NCBI GenBank assembly: GCA_021432655.1
Contig: MU271354.1
Coordinates: forward strand, 1-64,000
Source of the DNA: Atractiella rhizophila
Taxonomy: Eukaryota
Reading direction: 5' to 3'
Length of the DNA: 64,000 nt
A model generated the notes under the pieces. The model ran no database searches and was not told where the DNA came from. It saw only the letters and a list, made by a program, of their open reading frames with translations. Of the stretch, positions 11,842-23,875 are shown piece after piece. Every line of letters starts with the position of its first letter. The first letter of the stretch is position 1. The position numbers and the translations under genes were made by a program.

Positions 11842-13673
11842 TCAACGGTCGGGAGCCCAACGCCATCCTTTCCCCCTCGCCTTGGCAAAATCGAAGCTCC
11901 CCTCCTGTCTCCGCTCAAACGAAGATGAATCGTCGACGGGTCGACCCTCTCGTTCGCGCCGTGCAGCCTCCTCCTTTGCCCGCCACTCCTTCCAGAGCTT
12001 ATCCTGTTTCTTCTTCGCTTCTTTCGCAGCCCAGGTCGCCTCCAGTGCCGCTTCGGGCGGCCTAAATTTCGTCGCTGGATCTTGGTATTTCGACCAATCC
12101 TTGATCTCCTTTCCCTCGCTCCTATCAATCCTCTCAAGCGTAGAATCCATAAGAACTCCGCGCCAAGGAGACCCAATGCCGGTTTGGATGTCGGACGAGA
12201 TGTCTTTCGATTGGATGATCAACGAGGGCTCGACAGAATACGATTTGATCATATTCTTTCGAACAAGGTTAGGTAGGAGGGTATCCACCGCGGTGGTGTA
12301 GGCGACCAGAGGATCGGAATAAAGGTCGAGGAGGTGATTGTAGCCTTTCTTTGACAGAGCATAACCATGAAGACAACGCGGTTCGGCAGACGGGTGAAGG
12401 AGAGGGTGCAGCTTCGCCGGGTCTGTATTACACACCATCAGCACAAGAGTGAAAGGAGAGCGAAAGGCGCACTAGTAACTTCCCGTCCCCAACAATGACC
12501 AAGCATGACCACTTCCCAGTTCTTATCCCCAAATGGCCCCGTAAGTTTGGCTTCGATACCTCCCCAAATCCTTTCGATGTCCCATTCAAGGTCCACGTCG
12601 TCTTCAAGGACGAGAGCGGTCTCATCCCCGAGCGCTTTCATAAGCTGCCAAACCCGCGTCTGGCTCCACCAAGTGGCGATGACGTTGCCCCGGATCTGCC
12701 TGAAGTCGTTGGTCTCCTTGAAGTCCCACAAATATTCCGTGACATTCATGTCCTTCTTCCGCGGCTTGAGAGAATGGGGATCAGGATGAGATTCGAGGTA
12801 TTGAACCCATGTGAGCTGCTTTCCGTCCACTATCCAGCGCTCGTCATGTTGTAAGGAATCCCCAAACCGCAACGGCCCCACGATGGCATCCCCGTAATAA
12901 AATGCATCGCCCTCCCTCGTCAGCCAGATACTGTCCACCCCCATACCGCCCACTTTTTCAGGCTTGATTCCCATAGCCTCAGCCAATACAGGACGCTTCA
13001 GGTCCTTGACCTCCTTGACACGTTCAGCGATCCAGCCCATCAGCCCATCGTCGTCCCCTACGCTCGCATCCACAAAGGTGATTCGTAGTCCGAGCGCAGA
13101 CGCAAGCTTCGTCATGCGTTCGCGACGGTCGGTGCGATGAGGGAGGGAAAGAACATAAATTCGAGAGAATGTGAGAGTGGACGAATGAGTGGTGTGTGAT
13201 AGAGGAGAGGTGGAAGAAGAGAGGTAAGATCGATAACTCGATTCTTGAGATCCTCGAGGTACAGATGGATAGTACTCTTTGGGAGGGAGAGAGTGGCCAG
13301 GCAGATTCCCCTTTGCCTCTCCACCGAACGATGGTTTCCCTTCCGCCACAGCAGGCTTTCCCGAACTCACAGCAGCCTTCTCAGCCTCGAGATACTCCTT
13401 CATCTCCTCCTCTGATTCCTGCTCCTCGAACAACCCCGCCTCCCCAAAGTCATATCCTTCCACCACTCTCCCCTCCTGCTCAGGACCAGTAAAAACCCAA
13501 GGCCCCTTCCAACCCGTCCTTTCGAGCGACTTTTTCAGGTACTCGACGTTCGAATTCGAATAAGGGAGAGTGGTGAGGACGAAGACGGTGACGATGAAGA
13601 CACAGCTGACGAGGAGGCAACGACGATTAGAGAAAACTGAACGGGAAGAGGCCATCTCGAATGCCCTGCTCAT
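11842..13673 (-). CDS. Glycosyltransferase family 25-like type II membrane protein
   Basis: N-terminal TM anchor. RIYVLSLPHRTDRRERM, LVLEDDVD (ExD motif), VMLGHCW, PRCLHGYALS. One intron near 12430-12490. Confidence 0.8.
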
Positions 13674-14053
13674 TCGTTGTTTTGGACTTCTTTGAACTCT
13701 AGATACTAATAAGATATGTGACTGTAATGAAAGACTGGGGACAGCGTTGGTGAGCTAAGTAGTGCCTTCGTTGTTCCTACTTGCTGTTGCTAAAGTCGGA
13801 ATTGCTGTCGACCGAATTCCCGACAGTAAGAGCATGCTCAGCAAGCATTCTCAATGGGAAGGTAATGACACTGGACACTCAGAATTGATACGCATCGTAT
13901 ATATTACGAGAGCATAACTATCACACTGAAGAAACGTATAGGTTGAAAAGAAAGCTAGTCCAATCGATCCATGTTTCAATCACGTCGTATCCGGTCCAAG
14001 CCAAACAATACTCAGGAGACTTCTCCTCAACAACCCGTCAGAAAGGAACGTAT

Positions 14054-15176
14054 TTAAAGCTCGAGTCCGATGAGAACATAGTCGGACTGAGACGGAAACT
14101 TGGGGTGGTTGGGAGGCAAGATGGAACCGCCAACATACATGAGCGAGTGAATCAATTCGGCTACACGAATCTTAGGTCAGGTGCCGCTGCAATGCCAGGG
14201 GGAAGGGAGGATAACGCACAGATTCCAGGGAGTCTCTTCTCCAAACAAATAACGACCATGTCACAGCTGAACGCTTCGTCGGCAGCCTCCAACAATCGAA
14301 GGACTTTATCCCTCAGGTCTCCCTTCTCCAAATCCCTTCCGGTAACAACCATTATCTTCTCATCTTCAGTTTCTACTGCAACTCCAGTCCAGGAATCATC
14401 TTCAAAGTTGTCAGTAATGGTCCCGGTCACGACCTTTGAGGACTGTGCGAAAACGGTATGGAGCAGTTCGTCGTCACTGGAAGACGTGGAAACAGAAGAG
14501 CAGGACTCGAGAGAGTGGGAAGATAGAGAAAGAGAATCGATGGAAGAGACGGGAGAGGACGAGGCGAGAATGGGAAAATGAGAGGCGGGATTGGATACCG
14601 GTACGGGGATAGGATCGACGGTATTGGAGATAGGGAAAGTGGCGGAAGAATTGTTGTTACAAATTGAATTATACGAAGGCGGATCGAAAGCAATGGCGAG
14701 GTCGTCTCTTTTCTCGTCTTTGGCAACGAGAGATTCGAGGTCCCCACCGACTTGAAGATCATGGACGCCGCAAAAGATATCACACTCGTTCCCTCTCACA
14801 GAATCGAGTGACCTTCCATCCCCGACCGGGTCTGGAGGGCATTTATCTTTGGCGATGTCAGGACCACCACTTGCCCTTGATTACGAGGGTATTAAAGTGT
14901 TGGCTCCTTCCGTCCTTCGTGGACGTGCCGAGAGGGACAGATTCACTGCCTCCTTCGACGGAGGAAGCAGCGACGGTGGCAGGTACAGGAGCCGCTCCAT
15001 CGAATGCAAGGGTGACCATGCCAACACCGTTGCTGGAGCGCAGACTGTTTCCCAACAAGCCGAAAGTGGTTAGTGGCAAATTTTCCAGACGACCCCCTGG
15101 TGCTCTTTCGTTGTTGCAAAGAGAAAAAAGCGTACCTAGATGGTTCTGTTAACAAAGGATTGGTTATCGACGCCAT
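14054..15176 (-). CDS. OAZ1: Ornithine decarboxylase antizyme, decoded by +1 programmed frameshift (ORF1 75 aa + ORF2)
   Basis: ATG 15176, intron 15135-15045 (GTACGC..CTAAC..CAG), ORF1 ends KGKWWS-TGA at 14858. The +1 frame is open through RDKVLRLLEAADEAFSCDMVVICLEK, intron 14219-14161, then ELIHSLMYVGG...VLIGLEL* (antizyme-domain signatures). Confidence 0.93.
14858..14869 (-). promoter_or_regulatory. +1 ribosomal frameshift site TGG TGG TCC TGA (shift at UCC-UGA)
   Basis: Minus strand reads GGC AAG TGG TGG TCC TGA C. Skipping one base gives GAC ATC GCC AAA..., in frame with the antizyme domain and with no intervening stop. Confidence 0.92.
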
Positions 15177-15377
15177 TGGCAATCAGTTTCGAAATGAATC
15201 TTTGCGACTTGTCGGGAGAGTAGAAACGTTGGTCGTTGAGTTCCAAGGAGAGTCGTCTAGCATCAATTGGCGTCATCAACGCTCATTAAACCTTAACTAA
15301 GGTCCAACTTAGGGTTTTGGCTTTGTGTTTTTTTGACGATTCAACAGGACCGACACTTCTCTTCATTCAGGCACGAG

Positions 15378-16024
15378 ATGGGAACTAAAGTCTATAAGCA
15401 AGGCAAGGTGGGTAGATTCTCAGCTTTCTGTTTGATAGCTGGGCGAATGAGATGCATGTCAGGTCGCCGTCGTTCTTAACGGTCGCTACGCTGGCCGGAA
15501 GGTGGTTGTGATTAGGGGTAACGATGAGGGTACCAGGGAGAAGCGTACGTGCCTCTTTCTAGGTGCAGTTGGGTTGTAGGATTTATGATTGGCGGTGTGG
15601 CCGTTAGGTTACCCTCATGCGCTCGTTGCAGGTGTGGAGAGGTATCCACGAAAAATAACCCGTGGAATGGGTGCTAAACTCGTCGCAAAGAGGTCGAAGA
15701 TCAAGCCCTTCATCAAGGTGCGCTCTCTTAGCTTCACTCTTCCATCTTGCTAAAGTTCAATTTGACAGACCATCAACTACTCCCACCTTCTCCCTACCCG
15801 TTACGCACTCGAACTGGAATCACTCAAAGGCGTCATCACCCAGGAGACTTTCAAGGAGCCATCGCAAAAGGAGGAGAGTAAGAAAGTCATCAAGAAGGCT
15901 TTCGAGGAGAGGTACCTTGCAGGGAAGAACAAGTGGTTCTTCACCAAGCTAAGGGTGCGTCGTCCTTTTTCCCAACCCATGCAGCCGCAAGTAGTGATGG
16001 ATCTTGTGTACTGGGTAGTTTTGA
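15378..16024 (+). CDS. RPL27: 60S ribosomal protein eL27
   Basis: [81 protein letters not shown]. Four introns. Confidence 0.96.
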
Positions 16025-16467
16025 GCTCCCTTATATCGGAGACCGCTGTGTGATCTGTATGCATTTTCCTCGACCCATGATCAATCAATGCAACCTATGC
16101 TTGACATCTCTACCTTCATTCGTGTTCATACCTATTTGAAAATGGGAATGGTTTGACCCAAATCCTCCTCTCAGATCACTATAAGACGGTTCTGCATCGT
16201 TTTCATATCTGATACTTTTGATCGAAGTCCTTTTGGCCAACTAAAGAGCGACCATGGGCTTAAAACGTTGTTTTAGAGCATTCTCAAGGCCGAGCTGTTG
16301 ACTTAAGCCTCACCTGCACCTGAGCAGTCCGGACACGCATGAAGCCAGTCGAAATGATGAAGACGCATTTGCGCTACAGGCATTTAGTGCTCGAGTCTTC
16401 GAGACGAGCTATCGATATGTACAAACTTTACTGCTCAGCAGGAATTGTTTGTCTCCCCCAAAGGCAT

Positions 16468-18559
16468 CTACGCTGTCCTCCCCGTGTGAATGGCGACGGC
16501 GGTCTTTCCAGGAATGGTGACTGTAGCCTTGCCGTTACTGACCGTGACTTTGTTGTCGCAACCATACATTCCGCCATTGTAGACATCGCTGTTCCTATTT
16601 CAGAGTCACTCCGGTGGACAGAGAGGAGCCTCACCAGTACGTGTTGTCTGGCAGAGAAGTGGTGAATTCTTTGGTCCAATCGCCGGATTCGTTGTTGATA
16701 CCGACCCATCCAGCTCCATCTGATGACATTCTGTCAGCAATCATTTGCTCGTTAGATCAGATGATACTCTACCTCTTGCAAAGGCAATCTGTTGAGCCAA
16801 ACCAGTCTCCCAATTGCTAAGTGAAGCAGAACCCGCGTTGTTCCTGAATCCCACCTGTTTTTTAGATCAGTTGCCTTGTTTCCTCAACCGCAGCGATGAC
16901 CAATTCCAATTCATACCATTCCTGCGACCTGCACCCAACGGTGTTGACAGATCCATCCGTTCTCTCCACCAGTGTCATTGCAGGTTCCAGTGTCTAGGTT
17001 TCGTCAGACAATACCTTGGAGGACAGTAGACGAAGAAACGTACTCCCGTTTGGTGCTCCTGCGTCCTTGTTGTCGAACTCATAGGACGACAAAATGGTGG
17101 GAAGGCCATACGGATGAGCGAGCGAGAAAGTCATTGCGAGCGTGTAGAGAGCGCCGTCATTGTAGTTCAACGATAAACCGTTCTGCAGGAAAGCTTAGCC
17201 GCTTGCCTTGAAAAAGAGACCGCGCACCCTTTCAGTATCGTGATTAGAAACAAAAACCTAGTCACTGCTTCAGTGACTACTGAGAAATAATGAAATGTCG
17301 CACATTGGCCCCAGAGCTGTCAACCCAGCCTCTAGAATCGATATCCTTCAACGTTTGAATGCCTGAGTTTTGGAAGGCATCTTTGATGGCATATGTATAA
17401 CGGAACCTACGACAATGATAAGTTCGAGGATTAATTTACGTTTAGGCCTTACTCCTGCACATCTCCATTCTGGGTATACATCTATCTCATACACTGTTAT
17501 TTGTTGGAGGTTATTGACGAGCTGAATACAAACCGAGGGAGTCACAGGCTCTCCTTCACCAAAGATCACTTCTTGCGTGATGTATACCATCCGATCGAGT
17601 CTGGACAAAATGCTGGCAATATCGGCCGTTGGGATGTGCTGCTCCAACAGTTGAGTGGAAAGCACAAGTTGGTTAAGCCAATTCGTGCATTACCTTGGCA
17701 GCGTCCAATCTAAGACCAGAAACTCCCAAAGACAGGAGGTCGTTCGCATAACCAGCGAGCTGAGACCTGACGTATTCGGTATCCGTAGCCAAATCAGACA
17801 AACCATCTAGTTCGCAAGTCTGAACCTGGGCTTGGTTATAATAGCTTTCGATGTCGCCGGAGCTTGTCAGAGTGCAATGATGAAAGTCATTTGTCGAATA
17901 AACCGGATATTGGTACTTCTGGTATTCTGTAGCGCAGCTCAGACGTCAGCAGATGCCTGTTCTAGAGCGGAATACTTACCAGTTCCTCCAAAACCGGTGC
18001 CGCTGCCACTGCTCATGTGATTAAAGATGGTATCCGCAATAATCCCAACCCCAGCGTCTTTGCAAGTTGAAACCATGTTCCCGAAAGATTGGCGGTCGCC
18101 GCGTTTCGAGTTTATGTTATACGAAACGGGCTGGTATGCAGTCCACCATGTTCCGCCTTGGATCTCTTCTTGGGCAGGAGACGCTGTCGTACTCTTTCAG
18201 CAGTCGTACATGCCTGAAAAAGGATGTGAAGACCTTGGACGAATTTAAAACCTAGTAGGATATTCATGTCAGACATTCAAATTTGCGCGAAAGATTAGGA
18301 GCCATCCTACCTGCAGGTCCCAAATAATCCGTGCATTCTTGAGCAATAGAATCATAGCTCCATTCGAACATTTGTGCGATGACTCCTGTTACCATCTCCT
18401 CTGAACAACCTTCCTTTAGCAAACAACAGCCATACCTCCAGTGTTTGGATCACGCTTATGCAGTCGACCAAAAGGTCGTGAATGAAGGGATTTGTTGTGA
18501 GAAGCACCTTGTGCGATCGAAGTACCGAAAGCGGCAGCGAGGACGAAAGAAGATAGCAT
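16468..18559 (-). CDS. Secreted alpha-amylase, GH13, bacterial/actinobacterial-like (probably subfamily 32), heavily interrupted by introns
   Basis: Signal peptide [18 protein letters not shown] and a KR site. [41 protein letters not shown], catalytic [33 protein letters not shown]-terminal AVAIHTG. Confidence 0.9.
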
Positions 18560-19182
18560 GTTGGTCTTGCCAGGTAGTCGATGCAAATAAAGAAGGAATG
18601 AAAGAATGTCAAAGCAAGACTGTCGCTTAGGAGAAAGAGTGGGTCGAACCAAAGGTAAGAGCTAACATAAACACCATATCTCTCTCTTTATAGCTGCAGA
18701 TATTGTCTCAGTATCAGGACAAACGTCAAGGATGGTTGCCAACAATCCGGAGCGTGTCTCGCGTCGCATCAGGGCGGAAGCAGATAGTAACATGTAGCAG
18801 ACTTTGACTGCGCTCAGGCTCCTGTAGCTGGCGATCTATCCAAGGCGACGCTTCAATATCTCGGTCTTCATAAAGGACAGGATCGTTATGTTCGTTGGAA
18901 CAGGGCATAGGACAGCACATATGGGATGGGCCAGAGGGGGCCAGAAGACGCAGACCGGATAATATGTTAACTCAAGAATCAGAAATCGCGGCCCGGCGAG
19001 GGAAGCAGGCAAACCAGCTGAGTTTAAGATTGTCCTTCTCAGCGGCGCCGAATTTCCAGGAGCAAGAGGCGAATGCTAGTAAAAGCAAATTCTATTTTCA
19101 AGGCTCAGACCCCATGTACACGTCGGGAGAATGAGAGGAAGGCGGCAGGATACTAAAGTGTCCGTTTCACAAGTCAAAAGCT

Positions 19183-20439
19183 CTAAAATTTTTGAGCAGT
19201 GATCGTAAACCTGCGAACTTTTCGTTCATAAGCCGCTGCTCAGCAATCCCAATTAGTTATCCTCTCAAATGAGGTAAGGAGTTTGGCACACCTTCGCCTT
19301 CACCCTCAACAGCTATTTCAAGCATCGAGAGAACATCATCAGCTTGAGGAAGGCAATCAACAGAAATGGATAGCGCACCTTCGACTTTGCCTTCTGCTGC
19401 TGCAGCTTCACCTACATCAATCATTTGTTAATACTGGGCAAGCCAACACCGAGAGAAGGAATAAAACAACCTTCACCCTCAGTGGCACCTTCAAAAAAAA
19501 AAAGCCTCCGAAAGAAACAAGAGAGTGAAGAAACGGACCTTCTCCTTCAGCATTCGCTTCCGCGCCAGCCTCACCTTCTCCTGCGGCAGCTGCTTCGCCT
19601 TCACCTCCTGCGGCTTCTCCTTCACCTTCGGCGGCTGCACCTTCGCCTTCACCTCCTGCAGCTTCTCCTTCACCTTCGGCGGCTGCACCTTCCCCTTCCC
19701 CTTCTGCCGCTGCTCCTTCACCTTCGGCCGCTGCACCTTCCCCTTCCCCTTCTGCTGCTGCTCCTTCGCCTTCACCTTCACCTGCTGCTGCCTCGCCTTT
19801 GCCTTCACCTTCTGCAGCTGCACCTTCGCCTTCCGCGGCACCTTCTTCAGCAGCACCTGTGGTTATGTCACATTAGTTACTCCATCGAGAGGGGCCAGAA
19901 TTGCGAACCTTCTTCTCCTCCAGTGAGCGCAACGTTAACGATAACCCCAATGGCACCAGATCGTAACCTGTCACATTCAGGTCCCAAAGGTTTAACACCT
20001 ACCTACCAATCTTGAAACTAGAAGAGACGCACTGCGTAACTGAAGAAGCGATGGTACCTGCTTCTGCCTCTTGCCTCTTCATAAGCCTAGCACCAGAGGA
20101 TTTACCACCCAGCTCGAAGAAAATGTCGACCTAACAATTCTCAGTATTCTGTTGTTCAGGAAGATGGGACACAAACCATTTGGCTGCCGACGTTCGACTC
20201 TGCCACCTTTTGAATGTTCCCATCCGCCGACGGACCTGTCGCAGTTGTAAGGACCGGACCTGTTCTCGCGATTAGTTTAGTCTGAATAGCAAAGCCGTCG
20301 AGTGAGAAGACGTACCGGGAGTCAAAGGGTTCAACCCAAGATCTTGCCGCTTCCTATTCCGGACAGCATGGGGGAGCGGAGCAGCAGTGACGAGGAGGGA
20401 GAGGGAGGAAACAAGCGAAGCGACTTTGAGGAAGTGCAT
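19183..20439 (-). CDS. Secreted low-complexity Glu/Gly/Ala-repeat protein (orphan), multi-exon; 3' end approximate
   Basis: Signal peptide MHFLKVASLVSSLSLLVTAAP, two KR|Q dibasic sites, several short exons, long (EGEGAAA)n tract. Confidence 0.7.
19537..19858 (-). repeat. Imperfect coding tandem repeat encoding EG(EG)n-AAA units
   Basis: Recurrent gaaggtgaagg / gcagc units on the minus strand (ccttcaccttc / gctgc on plus). Confidence 0.85.
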
Positions 20440-22539
20440 GTTGTTTATCTTGAGAGTCAGGAATCTGGAGTGGAGCTGGGGCTAGTCTTTGGCGCGTTGA
20501 TGATTGTCGAATAAAGAAGCGAAGACAACGAAGGTGTCGCGAAAGCCTGCCTGAGGTGGATATGGAGAAAGAACAAAGAACGAGAGGTCTAGCCTGGGGG
20601 AATATTCCTTCATGCATCCCGCTTTTATACGCGTTCTCCATCCTCCATTGCACATCCTTTAAACTCCTCTTCTCCCACATCTCTTCCAGAGGTTAATTTC
20701 GCAGCAGCAACCTCACCACGGCCCAGGCCGCCCAGCTCCTTGGAAGTGGAGATATATATACGCTCCGCTGCTTTAATTCGTTCTAGGAGAGTTCTAAATA
20801 GCAACTTCGTGTTGATGGTGAGAACAAACGCTTCCATCGTTCTTCCATCTGTCAAGAGGTAGAGAAGGGAAAGTAGCTAAAATAGGAGCGTCACGAGTGC
20901 TAAGGGGAAGAAAAAGTGCATTGTATTGCCACTTCCATGGCCAAGGAACACGATGGATGAGCAGAGTAATTGGTCTTTCATGGCCGTAACAAGCCGCAAC
21001 CCGTAACCAAGGTCGAGACATTCCAGAGACATCCACCAGCAAGGACGTCTTGATGAATGCACTAGCTCACTTCATTCTTCCGCGGGAGGATCGCAGAAAG
21101 CGTCACAACGCAGGCAACAACGCAGGCTGGAACCCTGCTGGTACAGTAGGCTGTAGCAAGGAGATCGATGGCACAGCCAACTCAAACTTTAGCATCTCCT
21201 CAAATCACGTGATGTCATCGTGGAAGTTTGTGAATCCTTTTTTTTGTGTGTGCCTGTGGCGAGCTATCGGCCATCTCTGCACTGGTCGAATCCTTCAACT
21301 CACGTTCCTCGTATTTACAGGGCAAGTGTCTTAGCACAGTTATCCAGCTTTGTTCAGCGCTATTACCTCAAGCTCCAGAATGAAATCTGCCTAGTTTTGA
21401 CGCAAGAATAAAGCCCTTCTCTGTGACTGCCATGCATCTAGCGGTGACTGATCTCAGTGCTAGACGTCTTGTATGGGACTTTTTACTACATGGAAAGGCA
21501 GGGATGTTTTACATGTCCTGCTTTTAAATAGTTTCGGGCTTTGATCTACCCCAGGCGAACAAGTCGCTCTTCTGTTCCCTATCTTGATTTAAGAAACATC
21601 CAAGTCTATCGCTATTGACAATTACTCTTCCCTTAAACAACACCAGAAGTCCGAGAAGAGTCCATCCAATCTACGGGTACCTTTGTTTCTAAAGTTTGCT
21701 TTTGTTTCCTTGCCGTTCGTTTATCAGAGAGCGTTGCCACCACTCGTAACCGCACTCCAGAAGTGATCAAGATGATAAGAATAAGGAGTTGAAGGCATCA
21801 AGGCCAAGGGTTTGTAAGCCTCAGACAGAGATAAAAGACCTCTTCAGACATGTTTGGCAGGATTAGAGTCAAATCGTGATGTGTGTCCCTGACGTCCTTG
21901 CCTCACCTCCCACCTTGCCTGAAGGTTCCATTGCTGACAATACTATAAACATCTCTCCACGCCTTCAGCGTCGAAACGCCTTTTCCGATTCTTCCGAACG
22001 AGCGATTAACATTCTTTCAGACGATCACGAATGGTTGCTTTCCATCACTTGGCTCGATGTCATCGATATCGGCGACGGATTTGTGCCCGTCAAGCTCTTC
22101 AAAGTCCCAATAGATGTTTATTGCTCTCTGCATGGTGGCAGTATCAACCTTCAGCTCGATATTAGAAAACGAACTTGCTGGATCCCTTCGAGGATCGTGA
22201 GGAAGTGGTTCCGGGATGAAGGATTGAGGTGAAGTGCCGACCGCTAAGCGTCTGTTTCGTCAGCTCTTCCGGATTTGATTTCTACGAGCGGGACTCCAAT
22301 ATCACTCGAGTTCTCAAGGCGTCGTTTCTGGACATTTACCGTATTTTTCCATTCAGTACTTGATCGCAGCTTCTCCCAAAATGTGCAAAGTCTTTCAACT
22401 GGGAGCAATGGTTTTAAGGCTGATGTTCTACTTCGCAGGTCTCAATAATGCTTCCCAATTAAACGAACTCGTAGCATCTCTACATCGACCAACAGGCACA
22501 GAAAAATGCAGCCAAAAGGAAAAATGAAAATGATGTTGA

Positions 22540-23660
<1,121 letters not shown>

Positions 23661-23875
23661 TCAAAGAAGCGCGTCGTGGATGGTCACCAAATAAAGTTAC
23701 GGAGTGCCGGAGTGTGAATGAATTCCGGTACGGTATTGGAGGGAGTGGACGATTCGAGAAGCTCGATCGAGGAGAACATCGAGATATCAAAAAGCAGTAA
23801 AGCGCGTGAGTTTCCTTTCGGGTTATATACGCGTTCTCTAATCGCGACTTCATAGCAGCACATTACACTGCGATC

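Noticed and set aside
19425..20015. Plus-strand Leu/His-rich and Cys/Phe-rich ORFs, and the minus-strand K/Q/V ORF
   Set aside because: Shadow frames of the GAAGGT/GCA repeat. Splice sites and the signal peptide support the E/G/A frame on the minus strand.
21876..22232. 118-aa ORF between the repeat protein and DPM1
   Set aside because: No family signature and no clear gene structure. Cannot be supported from sequence alone.
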